Shown in pieces: positions 50,869 through 60,930 of a stretch of DNA of 64,000 nt (the first letter of the stretch is position 1; each line of letters begins with the position of its first letter). The DNA is from an uncultured Gammaproteobacteria bacterium. Its GTDB lineage: Bacteria > Patescibacteriota > Microgenomatia > Levybacterales > UBA12049. Under the pieces are notes generated by a model that was not told the DNA's origin, made no database searches, and saw only the letters and a program-made list of their open reading frames with translations. The translations under genes were made by a program, and so were the position numbers. The stretch spans positions 76,233-140,232 of the forward strand of contig CAZEJU010000002.1 of NCBI GenBank assembly GCA_964512695.1, in the 5' to 3' direction.

Positions 50869-51955
50869 GAACAAGTTTCTTTGTCGTTTTCAATTCATTC
50901 ATCGATTTAAGAAGAGCATCGGCGGCTCTTTTTGCAAGCAAAGGCGGAACTGCGTTTCCTATCTGTTCGGCAATCTGGCCAAAATTGCCTATGAATTTGA
51001 AATCATCAGGAAAAGTCTGAAGTCGTGCAGCTTCACGAAGAGATATTGCTCTGTTTTGTTCCGGGTGTCCGAATCTTCCCTTTGAAATCATCGCACAACC
51101 TCCTGTCATTGTAGGTGATGGTTGGTCCCACCTCATTCTTCCGTATACGTCTTTGTGTCCCTTTGTATTTCGGTGACATTCGAGGACTAACTCATCAGGC
51201 CATGAAGTTCTGTCTCCACCATCGTGAGGGGTCAACATGAGTCTTTTCAGATTGATTTCGGCGAGACTGGCGGAAGCATGCATGGCGTCATCCGGGTGTT
51301 TCTCGCCAGCCTGAATTTTGGGCAAGTCGTTGATGGCTTCTCTTACCGTATTCCAAGCTGGTAAATCATCAGAAGTTGCCGGGTCAATGTTGGTCTTAGA
51401 AGGAAAAGATAGCCTGATATCCGAATTATTAGTGCCCATAAGGACGAGCCTCTTTCTTCTCTGAGGAACGCCGTAATCGGCCGTATTCACAACGTCGTAG
51501 ACTGTCTGATACCCCAGCTCATGAAGTTTCTGCAGTATTTGAAGAAAGAGAGGTTTCCCGATTCCCGTCGCAAGCCCCGGAACGTTTTCAAGAACGAAAG
51601 CAAGCGGCTTAATTTCTTCAACAATTCTCAGGAATTCATATATCAGTTTGTTTCTCGGGTCTGTTAATCTTTGTGAGTTTCTCCTGGCACTCGAAAACCC
51701 CTGACAGGGAGGACAAGCGATGAGAACCACCTGTTTTCCGTTTTTGAATCCTCCCGCTTTCAACAGCTCCTTACCTGACAGATAAGAGATGTCTGACGGG
51801 AATACGGCACAGTCGGGAAAGTTTGCCTTGAATGATTCGGATGCGTTTTTGTCGATATCAACGGCAACTTTGATATCAAAACCAGCTTGCTGAAAGCCTA
51901 ACGCCGAACCTCCGCAACCGGAAAAAAGGTCAATTACACCCAAGTTTCCCTTCAT
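50825..51955 (-). CDS. dcm: DNA (cytosine-5) methyltransferase
   Basis: DLFSGCGG, PPCQGFS, ENV, QRRKR, QIGNAVPP. Confidence 0.97.
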   Translation of the reverse strand: MKGNLGVIDLFSGCGGSALGFQQAGFDIKVAVDIDKNASESFKANFPDCAVFPSDISYLSGKELLKAGGFKNGKQVVLIACPPCQGFSSARRNSQRLTDPRNKLIYEFLRIVEEIKPLAFVLENVPGLATGIGKPLFLQILQKLHELGYQTVYDVVNTADYGVPQRRKRLVLMGTNNSDIRLSFPSKTNIDPATSDDLPAWNTVREAINDLPKIQAGEKHPDDAMHASASLAEINLKRLMLTPHDGGDRTSWPDELVLECHRNTKGHKDVYGRMRWDQPSPTMTGGCAMISKGRFGHPEQNRAISLREAARLQTFPDDFKFIGNFGQIAEQIGNAVPPLLAKRAADALLKSMNELKTTKKLVPTFRQRFLHAQETA

Positions 51956-52047
51956 GATAATAATATATCATTTTTCGCCCGGTCGCTGTCGGGGTTTTTT
52001 GAAGAGTGTATATACTCATTCATTCCGTGTTATATATTTTATAAGTG

Positions 52048-52076
52048 TTGACTACAGAATGAAAATATAGTATCCT
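52048..52076 (+). promoter_or_regulatory. sigma70 promoter of the five-gene operon
   Basis: TTGACT-17 bp-TATCCT. Confidence 0.6.
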
Positions 52077-52112
52077 TTGTTCCAGCAAATCGGTCTAAAT
52101 ACTGAAATTAAT

Positions 52113-52340
52113 ATGAAAACAGGCGAAACAAAAGGTGCGGCTTTCAAAAGGCTCGCTTCCAACAGAACGAATAACGCAATCAGGAACATCAAACTTCTGG
52201 GTAATTTGTCCAACAAACATAATTACTCCTACTCCGAAGAGGACTTCAAACGAATTTTCAACAGCGTCGAACATGAACTTAAACTGGCAAAATCGAAATT
52301 TCTTATCTCGCTGAGTAAGAGTAAGAAATTCAAACTCTGA
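52113..52340 (+). CDS. Small basic helical protein
   Basis: FKRLASNRTNNAIRNIKLLGNLSN...YSYSEED; first gene after the promoter. Confidence 0.75.
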   Translation: MKTGETKGAAFKRLASNRTNNAIRNIKLLGNLSNKHNYSYSEEDFKRIFNSVEHELKLAKSKFLISLSKSKKFKL

Positions 52341-52363
52341 AAAGTGGATAATTAATTATTAAA

Positions 52364-53014
52364 ATGAAAATGAAAAAAGATATAACATCACTGAAGCTCA
52401 CAAGACCACAGAAGATTCTCGTAACACTGTATCAACTTTCCGACGGTACTAATAAACAGGTCAGGTTCGAAGATATAGCAGTAGGCGTTTATAAGAACTT
52501 CACTTCCGATTTTCAGCTAAGAGGTTATCCTCAATACCCTGATACGGGTGATATTGTACATAAACCGCTGTATAGCGAATTGAAAAAAGGCGGATATGTA
52601 TTATCCGGCAATAAGTACTTTTCCCTTACTCCGAAAGGAATTGCGTACGCCAAAAGACTGCTCCGCGTTTCAGAGAAAGAAACCGAACCGGGTAAAACCG
52701 CTTCAGTGAAACTTACGGCAGACCAGCAGAAAGAGCTTGACAGATTGAAATCTTCAAAGGCTGTTGAGTTGTTTCTTAACGGCAAGAAAGAGGATATTCT
52801 TGATATAGACTTCTATTCCTATCTGGAAGTTACAGTGAGGACGGGTAAGAATGACTTTCTGGGAAGACTTCGCACGGTAGAAGACGCCATTAATGCTACA
52901 AAAAACAGAAGTGACACGCTGTACAAAAAGCTGAGAGAATGTCACGAGTATCTTCTTGAAAGATTCAGAGGAAACATTGATTTCGTAAGGAACAGCAAAG
53001 GAGGTAAGAGGTAA
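52364..53014 (+). CDS. Winged-helix domain hypothetical protein
   Basis: KILVTLY...EDIAV...LKKGGYV...FSLTPKG wHTH pattern; TAATG overlap with next gene. Confidence 0.7.
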   Translation: MKMKKDITSLKLTRPQKILVTLYQLSDGTNKQVRFEDIAVGVYKNFTSDFQLRGYPQYPDTGDIVHKPLYSELKKGGYVLSGNKYFSLTPKGIAYAKRLLRVSEKETEPGKTASVKLTADQQKELDRLKSSKAVELFLNGKKEDILDIDFYSYLEVTVRTGKNDFLGRLRTVEDAINATKNRSDTLYKKLRECHEYLLERFRGNIDFVRNSKGGKR

Positions 53015-54858
53015 TGGCAACGACAATACAAATGAAAATTAAGGAAGAGCAGAATGTCTATCATGACAACATTCTTGATATTTGGGGTAATGACTTCAAT
53101 TTCAGTCATGAAAAGGGTTTGGCAGAATGGCTTAAGAATTCAGTAGACGCATACCGCAGAGTCGGGGCTGCCGACAAAGACCAATACATTATCTTCCGTT
53201 TCACTGACGGTACTCAGACGACACCTCCAGTTATTGAGTGCATTGATTTCGTGGGAATGGAATTGGTTGATATTGAGAAGGCTTTCAAATGGTGGGGTGA
53301 CCCTGATGCGGCAAAAAGAGGTCAAAAAATTAAGGTATTCGGCGGTCATGGAAACGGCGGAAAGTTCTATATGCGTCAGATGTTTCTGCAATCACATTTT
53401 GTGACATACAGGCAGGGAAAAATTAACGTCTTCGGATTCAATGAAAACAGGAAGTATGGTTTTGCAGAAGGATATAAGGACAAAAAAGTTACACTTGATG
53501 AAGCCCTGAAGATAGCCGGGATAGAAAGGTCAACTATTCCCAATGCGGTTTTGCGTCAACTTGAACACGGAGAGACTGGGTTTACTGTTGTCAAAGGAAT
53601 CAGACCGAAAAAAGTCGTCGGTAGGAGTCTTCCCGTATTCAGAATATGTGACAAGCTGAAGTATCATCCTCAGGCAAGAAGTCCTCTTAAGTTCAGTAAT
53701 GTATCCGTTATCCATAACGGCAAGATAATTGCGAACGGCCTGAGAATGGAAGATATCGAACCGCTTGAAGGTTTTGAAGGACCGTTCTTTTTTGAGATTC
53801 CCGACGAAATAGATTCCATAGCGGACGGAGAAACAGGAAAGAAAGTGAATATGTATGACAAGAGGTATGGGAAAGGCAGTCTGGTATTAAAAACTTCATC
53901 TCTTCCTTTCGGTCGCGGAGGTAGAAAACCTGAGCTGAATTGTATTGATATTGTCGGTGAAATCGGTGTTATTGCTTCATATAACATGCAACAGATAGGC
54001 TTTCTCCGATACTTCCCTCAGGCTCAATATATATATGGAGAGTGCTCATGTCCCATTCTTGAAGACCCGGAATATGATTGTGTTCAGAATGACAGAGAAA
54101 GACTTGTCGATAATGAAAAAACAGCAGCTCTCCTTCAATGGATTGCAAGAAGAATAGATGAAGTGGCAGGCAAGATTGCCGATAATGAAGCGAAGGCGGA
54201 AGAAGCTGAGAATATAAGAGCTACAGACGAGTTTAATCAGATTCTCAATAAGTGGAAGAATCAGTTTATGTCGAAGCTGTTTGCTGAGGTCTTGGGCGGT
54301 ACGGGAAAAGGAGATTCTACCGGTGGTCAGGGTGACGAAGGCTCAGGTGGCGGCACGAAGAAAGAATCAAAAGACAAGGACGGATTAGGCTCAGGAGCCG
54401 GTAAGGGTGGCGGAGAAGGAGATGAGAAGAAGAAAGGTTCAAGAGCACCCCTTGTACTTTTGTCCGGACAGGAAGACCCGGAATTTCCCGGTATGCCTGT
54501 AACTTTTTCTGACAGACATTTCGCTGTGGAACAAAGACAGCAGGATGTAGACAGAGGAATATATTGGATTAATCTTGAAAAGCCGATGGCGAAGAAGATA
54601 ATCGATAAGTACGGAGTTGACTCTCCGAGGTGGAGAAACTATTTATTCCAGAGATATGTTGACATATTTACAAAGGAAACATTGTATCGTCTGGCAAAGA
54701 AGGAAGGAGGCTCTCTTACGCCCGAACAGGCTGACTACGAAATAATGCGTGTGTCATCTCTTGTATATGATAAGGCCACAATCGACCTTGAAGATTTTCT
54801 TCTGAGCGAGAGATACAATTCAGGCAAGAATAATGAAAATGAATCCGAACAATCATGA
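53014..54858 (+). CDS. GHKL (MORC/MutL-like) ATPase
   Basis: N-box LAEWLKNSVDA, G1-like IDFVGM, G2 GGHGNGGK, GETGFTV; G/K/E-rich linker. Confidence 0.75.
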   Translation: MATTIQMKIKEEQNVYHDNILDIWGNDFNFSHEKGLAEWLKNSVDAYRRVGAADKDQYIIFRFTDGTQTTPPVIECIDFVGMELVDIEKAFKWWGDPDAAKRGQKIKVFGGHGNGGKFYMRQMFLQSHFVTYRQGKINVFGFNENRKYGFAEGYKDKKVTLDEALKIAGIERSTIPNAVLRQLEHGETGFTVVKGIRPKKVVGRSLPVFRICDKLKYHPQARSPLKFSNVSVIHNGKIIANGLRMEDIEPLEGFEGPFFFEIPDEIDSIADGETGKKVNMYDKRYGKGSLVLKTSSLPFGRGGRKPELNCIDIVGEIGVIASYNMQQIGFLRYFPQAQYIYGECSCPILEDPEYDCVQNDRERLVDNEKTAALLQWIARRIDEVAGKIADNEAKAEEAENIRATDEFNQILNKWKNQFMSKLFAEVLGGTGKGDSTGGQGDEGSGGGTKKESKDKDGLGSGAGKGGGEGDEKKKGSRAPLVLLSGQEDPEFPGMPVTFSDRHFAVEQRQQDVDRGIYWINLEKPMAKKIIDKYGVDSPRWRNYLFQRYVDIFTKETLYRLAKKEGGSLTPEQADYEIMRVSSLVYDKATIDLEDFLLSERYNSGKNNENESEQS

Positions 54859-56266
54859 CAATTCCATCCTGCCCGCACAGTTATCACTGCATAACACAAC
54901 TTCGAATACCGGAGCTGTTAATTATTTGTCAGAGAATGAAATATCCCTCCCTCCTTCTCTGAGTAATGACGACTCCATTGAAGTATTGGGTCTACCAATA
55001 AGACTGGAAAACGCTCTCAAAAATTCAGGAAATATCACGACAGTCGGACAGTTAGTTAATACCGCTGACGAAAAGTTGCTGAAGTTGAGGAATCTCGGTC
55101 ATAAGTCCGTCAACTATCTTATGCAGGTGAAATTGAAGATAGATGAAAAGTTCAGTACTCTCCAAAACAGAACACCCACAGAAATAACTGAGCAAAAACA
55201 AGAGGAAAAAATTATTCCTGTCAATCAACTCCTCAATTTGTTGCTCGATAGATGCGGTAGTGAAAGAGTCAAAGAAATAGTCAAAAGACGATACGGCCTT
55301 ATGGACGGAGAAAGACAAACTCTCGAAGAAATCGGTGAGCATTACGGAGTAACTAGAGAAAGAATCAGACAGATTCAAGTTAAGGCATTGAAGAGCATGC
55401 GACATCCGATTACTACAGCCAGGAAACCGATTACGGATATTATGGAAACCATTCTGTTTCGGAATGGCGGAATAATTTCTGCTGAAGAAGCGGACACCAT
55501 AATTCCGGAAGCTTTCAGTGATACGGGTAACGACGGGAGTTCTGTGCTTGATTTACTTTGTGAATTGGGCTGGATTCAGAGCTGCAGAATCGGAGATATA
55601 GCAATATATTCACCGAAATTTGACGGTGTTTCTCTGTGCAAGTTGTCGGAAAAAATCACATTTCTGATTAAGAAACAGGATTTAGGGATTGACATTCCTT
55701 CAATATTCAAAGGTGTCAGTATGTTCAGAAGAATCAGAGACCAACGTTTCAATCCTCAGGACTTCGTTCTCAGATATTGCAGAATCGACCCTCGGATTGA
55801 AGAAATCGGACTTACATCAGCACAACCCGAAGTTTTTTTCAGGTACTATACAGTCGGTCATTTCGCTAAGAAGGGTTGGGTGGTTCTTATGACCAGAGTG
55901 TTGGAACAGGAACAAATGCCGTTACATTTCACTGAAATTGCAGATAAGGTAAATGACCTTCTGGGTAATTCTGAGAGGAGACTGGATGTAAGAAGAGCAC
56001 ATTCGATATTGATTGACGATGAAGCATTCGCTCACAGTGGTATTAACGGGACGTACGGTCTTACATCGTGGGGTTTGAGAAAAGATTCAACTGTCGAACT
56101 GGCAGAAGAGTGTCTGAGAAAAGCGGGGTTCCCGTTACATTGGAAGCAAATATTCAATTATGTGAGCAGGTATAAGAATACAAAACCGGGAAACATTACC
56201 AGTATTCTTGAAAATCATCGCAGATTCAAAAGAGTTGAATCAGGAATTTATTGGCTTAATGACTAG
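54833..56266 (+). CDS. RNAP alpha-CTD, sigma70 region 4 and tandem HARE-like wHTH fusion
   Basis: IEVLGLPIRLENAL...LLKLRNLGHKS; [31 protein letters not shown]; PLHFTEI and PLHWKQI wHTHs. Confidence 0.85.
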   Translation: MKMNPNNHDNSILPAQLSLHNTTSNTGAVNYLSENEISLPPSLSNDDSIEVLGLPIRLENALKNSGNITTVGQLVNTADEKLLKLRNLGHKSVNYLMQVKLKIDEKFSTLQNRTPTEITEQKQEEKIIPVNQLLNLLLDRCGSERVKEIVKRRYGLMDGERQTLEEIGEHYGVTRERIRQIQVKALKSMRHPITTARKPITDIMETILFRNGGIISAEEADTIIPEAFSDTGNDGSSVLDLLCELGWIQSCRIGDIAIYSPKFDGVSLCKLSEKITFLIKKQDLGIDIPSIFKGVSMFRRIRDQRFNPQDFVLRYCRIDPRIEEIGLTSAQPEVFFRYYTVGHFAKKGWVVLMTRVLEQEQMPLHFTEIADKVNDLLGNSERRLDVRRAHSILIDDEAFAHSGINGTYGLTSWGLRKDSTVELAEECLRKAGFPLHWKQIFNYVSRYKNTKPGNITSILENHRRFKRVESGIYWLND

Positions 56267-58680
56267 TGATATATATGGACATACAGAAAATTAAAATTAA
56301 GAGCGATTATAAATTAGCGGATATCGTTCATGATATTGAAAAAGGAATCTTGAGGATTCCTCAATTCCAGAGAGAGTTTGTGTGGGATAAGCCCCGGGTC
56401 ATCAAACTTCTGGAAAGTATCTATCTTGAATACCCGATTGGGTCTTTTTTCTTCTGGGACGCTCCGCGAAAGTATTACGACTTCTATCGTGATATCGCTG
56501 AGTTGGGTCTTCCCAAGCCCGATAGGTACGAAAAAATTGTTTTCATTCTCGACGGTCAACAGAGGCTTACTTCCCTCTATGTTACGGTCAAAGGGTTGAC
56601 GCTCTACAGTAGGGATTACAAAAAGATTTGTTTTGACCTGGATGAAAAAATATTTGTTGACAGAATACCTGACAATCAGAGATTCGTTTCTGTTTCAGAT
56701 TTACTATCGAATGACCGATTTGATGTCTATGAACGACTTACGGTTGAGCGAAAGAAATCATTCAACGAATGCTATCAGCGATTCAATAATTATCCTTTCT
56801 CAGCGATTGATGTCCGGGACAAGGAACTTGATGAGGTCTGTGACATCTTTGAGCGTATCAACCAGGGAGGACAGAGACTCAATTTGTTTGACCTCATTTC
56901 AGCAAGCACTTGGACTCCCGAGTTTGACTTAAGGTTTGCGGTCAAGAAAGAGAATGACAATCTGAAGACAAAGGGCTTCGGAGATATTGATAATGAAGTC
57001 TTTCTTCAAACACTTTCCCTTATCGCCAAGGGTTCATGTACGAGACCTGTCCAATTACAATTAAGGGCCGAAGACGTTAATAAGTTCTGGCAGGAGACAG
57101 TCAATTCAATGTCTCTGGCAATTGATTATCTGAAGAACAACTTAGGGGTGGTCAATTCGGTGTTCATTCCGTACAGAAGTATGATAGCTGTTGTTGCTTA
57201 CCTGTTCTCTGTCAACAAAGGCAGGAGTCTGAATCACGAGCAGTCAGAGCTATTGTCCCAATGGTTCTGGCAGACTACGTTTTCAGAGCGGTACGGAGCT
57301 TCAATTCTGACGTTAATGACCGAAGACAAAAAATTAATGGACAAAATAGCTTCAGGAACTGATATCAGCGTTAAGTATCCGTTTTCGTTGGATATTGATT
57401 CACTTATTCAGGTGAGAATGTATCGAAAGTCGGCTGTTAAAAACGGCATTCTGTGCCTGTTGGCTAAGAGAAACCCCAGACATTTCAAAAACAATGTCCC
57501 TCTTCTGCTCAAAGACGGATATTATTCAGATTTCAACAATTCAGAGAAACATCATATTTTTCCTAAGGCGATTGTTCAGAAGAAGTTCCCTATGGTCATG
57601 GTACATTCACTCCCAAACTTCTGTTTCATTCCTGCGGAACTTAATAAGGAGATATCAGACAAACAGCCGAGCAAGTATTTTGAAGAGTATTTGAGTATAA
57701 ACCCCGACTTTGAAGATACTCTCAGAACCCACCTGATTAAGTACGATGATTCAATCAGACAGAACGATTTCATGTCTTTTCTGGCTTCAAGAGCGGCGAT
57801 GATTCTTGAGGAAATAACGAGAGCTACCGGTTCAAAAATCAGTCGGGTAGTAGCAGATAACGTTAACAAGGCGATAGATGATACTGAGAAGAAACTGCGT
57901 GACTTCATAGATAAGCAATTATCCTTAAATAATACTGATTATTGGAAAACATCAGTACCGAGCGATGTTGTCGGAATAATGCGTCAGAGAGTCAATCAAT
58001 ATCTGTCCAAAGACCCTTCAAAGATAATCAGCGATTTCAGTTCAAGGGACTTACTCGACTTCTGTGACATTATGGATTATTCAAAAATGGTCATCTCAAA
58101 CTGGAACATATTTTCAACTTTTTTCAGGTCGAAGATTGAAACTGAGAAAAGATTTTTGAATCTGAAAGAGTTCAGAAACGCAGTCAAACATACAAGAGGA
58201 GAGATTGTTCCTTTCATTCAGAAAGAAGGAGAAGCGGCTCTGGAATGGCTATCAATCATTCTTGGTGAAGTCAGAAAAAAGGGAGAGGAAAGAGCTTCAG
58301 TTACAGAGACCGACGAACAAACCATTAACAGGGTTGAATCGGAGTTTGTCAAACATATGGTCAAAGGAATACCTCAATGGATTGAAAACGATTACCCTGA
58401 AGGAACCAGTTCAATAGTGAAGTTGGTGGGCGGTACGGGTTCTGACCATTACATAAAAACAAACAGCAGAACAGCTATCTGGTATTATTTCGCTAAACAA
58501 TGGGTGTTCATGGAGTTGAAGGATGCGACTGTTGAAGAAGCTAAATTGTTGAGGGAAAGGATTTCAAAGCCCGAGTCAATATTAGAAAAGCAAAACGGTG
58601 CCGTCAGATTTCATCTGATGAATGATAATGATTTGAAGGTGGTAACGGACATTATAAGAATCAGAGCTAATAACGGTTGA
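56266..58680 (+). CDS. GmrSD-like DUF262 plus HNH (DUF1524) protein with Swt1-like HEPN and extra C-terminal domain
   Basis: IPQFQREFVW, LDGQQR, IFERIN, EKHHIFP...N...N, HEPN RNAVKH. Confidence 0.85.
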   Translation: MIYMDIQKIKIKSDYKLADIVHDIEKGILRIPQFQREFVWDKPRVIKLLESIYLEYPIGSFFFWDAPRKYYDFYRDIAELGLPKPDRYEKIVFILDGQQRLTSLYVTVKGLTLYSRDYKKICFDLDEKIFVDRIPDNQRFVSVSDLLSNDRFDVYERLTVERKKSFNECYQRFNNYPFSAIDVRDKELDEVCDIFERINQGGQRLNLFDLISASTWTPEFDLRFAVKKENDNLKTKGFGDIDNEVFLQTLSLIAKGSCTRPVQLQLRAEDVNKFWQETVNSMSLAIDYLKNNLGVVNSVFIPYRSMIAVVAYLFSVNKGRSLNHEQSELLSQWFWQTTFSERYGASILTLMTEDKKLMDKIASGTDISVKYPFSLDIDSLIQVRMYRKSAVKNGILCLLAKRNPRHFKNNVPLLLKDGYYSDFNNSEKHHIFPKAIVQKKFPMVMVHSLPNFCFIPAELNKEISDKQPSKYFEEYLSINPDFEDTLRTHLIKYDDSIRQNDFMSFLASRAAMILEEITRATGSKISRVVADNVNKAIDDTEKKLRDFIDKQLSLNNTDYWKTSVPSDVVGIMRQRVNQYLSKDPSKIISDFSSRDLLDFCDIMDYSKMVISNWNIFSTFFRSKIETEKRFLNLKEFRNAVKHTRGEIVPFIQKEGEAALEWLSIILGEVRKKGEERASVTETDEQTINRVESEFVKHMVKGIPQWIENDYPEGTSSIVKLVGGTGSDHYIKTNSRTAIWYYFAKQWVFMELKDATVEEAKLLRERISKPESILEKQNGAVRFHLMNDNDLKVVTDIIRIRANNG

Positions 58681-58682
58681 AA

Positions 58683-58784
58683 TTACATAAGGTCAAGAGT
58701 GGAGTGTTTTTTAACTGATAGAAGGATATCTCCTGCAAAAATAACAATTAAGACGAGAACAATAAATATACTCAATTTCTTCAT
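58683..58784 (-). pseudogene. 33-aa signal-peptide-only remnant at the likely island junction
   Basis: MKKLSIFIVLVLIVIFAGDILLSVKKHSTLDLM stops 2 nt from the GmrSD stop. Confidence 0.3.
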
Positions 58785-58882
58785 ATTTACACTGCTATTA
58801 TATTCCTTTTTTATTCGTGTTTACTCGAGAATTCATTGTGTGAAATTGAAAATATTGGTACATTATTATAAGTAATATACTT

Positions 58883-59842
58883 ATGAGTCTTATAACGAAT
58901 ATTTTACTGTACTTAATATCATTTGCAGCAATTTGGTGGGGTGCAGGTCTGATTATTCAATCAGTCGACAAGATTGCCCACAGACTAAAACTTTCTTCTT
59001 TTGCCATTTCATTTTTTGTATTGGGACTACTTACATCTATTCCGGAAACAGCAGTCAGTATCCAAGCTGTATCAGAGCATAATCCTGAAATCTTTGTCGG
59101 TACTTTGTTGGGAGGAGTGTTAGTTATTTTCTGCTTTGTAATTCCTATTTTAGCCATTTTAGGCAAGGGAATTAAAATAAATCATGATTTAGACAAGAAA
59201 ACGTTACTTCTGGCCTTGGCTGTTATGGCAACACCAAGTTTCTTAGTCATAGACCATAGAGTAACTAATCTTGAGGGATTGATAATGCTGGTCGTTTACT
59301 CCGTTCTATTTTATGTAATCCAGAAGAGGCACGGGATATTTGACAGCGAAAAAGCGGAGGTTTTACAGATTAAGGCATATTCATTTCTGGATTTACTGAA
59401 AGTCATCCTTGGTATTGCTGTAGTCTTCGTATCAAGTAGTTATATTGTTGACCAGACAATCATCTTTTCTCAGATATTAAATATTTCGACCTTTTACATA
59501 AGTATTCTGGCACTAAGTTTAGGAACAAATTTGCCTGAGTTATCTCTTGCCGTTAGGGCAATATTGGCAGGCAAGAAAGATATTGCCTTTGGTGACTATC
59601 TGGGTTCAGCTTCAGCAAACACCTTACTTTTTGGCTTTTTTACACTGATTTACGATGGTGAAGTCTTAACAACCAACAGTTTTCTAATAACATTCGGATT
59701 TATAGTGTTTGGATTAGCATTATTTTATTATTTCTCTCAATCTAAAAAGGATATTTCGATTAAGGAGGGTATCGGGCTTCTAGTAGTCTATGTCTTATTC
59801 GTGCTTTATGAACTTAGCAAAGCAACAACATTCCTGAAATAA
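58883..59842 (+). CDS. Sodium/calcium exchanger family antiporter
   Basis: TSIPE and GTNLPEL alpha-repeat motifs. Confidence 0.9.
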   Translation: MSLITNILLYLISFAAIWWGAGLIIQSVDKIAHRLKLSSFAISFFVLGLLTSIPETAVSIQAVSEHNPEIFVGTLLGGVLVIFCFVIPILAILGKGIKINHDLDKKTLLLALAVMATPSFLVIDHRVTNLEGLIMLVVYSVLFYVIQKRHGIFDSEKAEVLQIKAYSFLDLLKVILGIAVVFVSSSYIVDQTIIFSQILNISTFYISILALSLGTNLPELSLAVRAILAGKKDIAFGDYLGSASANTLLFGFFTLIYDGEVLTTNSFLITFGFIVFGLALFYYFSQSKKDISIKEGIGLLVVYVLFVLYELSKATTFLK

Positions 59843-60216
59843 GAATCGAAAGATAGTTTCGGGTCTAAGTATGCTTTCTTCCTCTAATCCATTCATTAAA
59901 ACTTAACTCTGATAATAGGTAGAATCTATAATAAAATCCGGCAGCCATTCTGTCTTTCAACTTTGTTTTCTTCACGAACTTCTCGAATGATATCTTCTTA
60001 AGCTGAGACATAAGATAAGTGTACCTTAGGGAGGTTTCCTACAGTACCGATTTCTGTTATTATGTCGATAAGTTTCTTGATGGAATCTTGTATATTAAGG
60101 TGTGAGGGACGGAGCATGATCTTCTTAACTTTAATATTCTAACAAACCGAGTTGGTTAGAGCCTCATGTTGATCCGTGTCACATCATTTTTACTACGAAA
60201 GGTCTATAAATACATT

Positions 60217-60450
60217 ATGAAAATTAATGCAGCATGGCATAGTAAAAACAAAATGAAAATGCCAACCACACTTGCAGATCGAGTTAAATGGCATGAAGAG
60301 CATTTAAAACATTGTCAATGTCGTAAAGATGTACCACCAACTATCTTGGTTGAATTTAGAAAGCAGGGGAAAAATGTTTGTAGCAGAGGGCATTTTTATG
60401 AAGGTAGTGGTCCATGTCCTATTTGCTGGCCAGGATCATTAAAAAAATAA
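60217..60450 (+). CDS. Small Cys/His-rich hypothetical protein
   Basis: WH...WHEEH..HCQCR...CSRGH...CPIC. Confidence 0.6.
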   Translation: MKINAAWHSKNKMKMPTTLADRVKWHEEHLKHCQCRKDVPPTILVEFRKQGKNVCSRGHFYEGSGPCPICWPGSLKK

Positions 60451-60505
60451 CTTTTTATAAAGTAACTTTTCATGGACAGTTCGAACCTCTCATATACTCA
60501 ATCTT

Positions 60506-60847
60506 ATGCATAAAGTCTTTGTACTGCGCGTTATTCATGGTTTGTTTGCCCTTTATTTTCTTTTTTGTCTTGCATATTTATACTATGCCGCATTATTTTC
60601 CGTAATTAACAATTTTTTGCTGATTGCGGTTTTAAGTTTAGCTGTCGAAGGGTTTATCGTATTTGTTCTGAATAAAGGAGATTGCCCGCTTATTCATATC
60701 CAGAGAAAAATTGGGGATAACACGCCGTTTTTTAATCTTTTCTTTCCTGCAAAAATTGCTAACAAAGTAATTCCAATATTGGTTAAGGTAACCTGGATAG
60801 GGATAGTATTGTTAGCAATCCGCTTTGTGATTACCTACATATTTTGA
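60506..60847 (+). CDS. Small membrane protein (DUF2784-like)
   Basis: H in first TM, GDCPL motif. Confidence 0.6.
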   Translation: MHKVFVLRVIHGLFALYFLFCLAYLYYAALFSVINNFLLIAVLSLAVEGFIVFVLNKGDCPLIHIQRKIGDNTPFFNLFFPAKIANKVIPILVKVTWIGIVLLAIRFVITYIF

Positions 60848-60930
60848 TTTATAAAATAAGTTCCAGCTTTCTATTAGGCAGAGTATTTTGCTTTTTTATA
60901 AGGCGACTTGTATATTTGTGTTATAGAGTA

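Larger units (their letters stand above)
44964..58680. mobile_element. tRNA-Asn-integrated genomic/defence island (right end uncertain)
   Basis: Large serine recombinase abutting the tRNA, phage-like and defence cargo, visibly different codon style from flanks. Confidence 0.8.
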
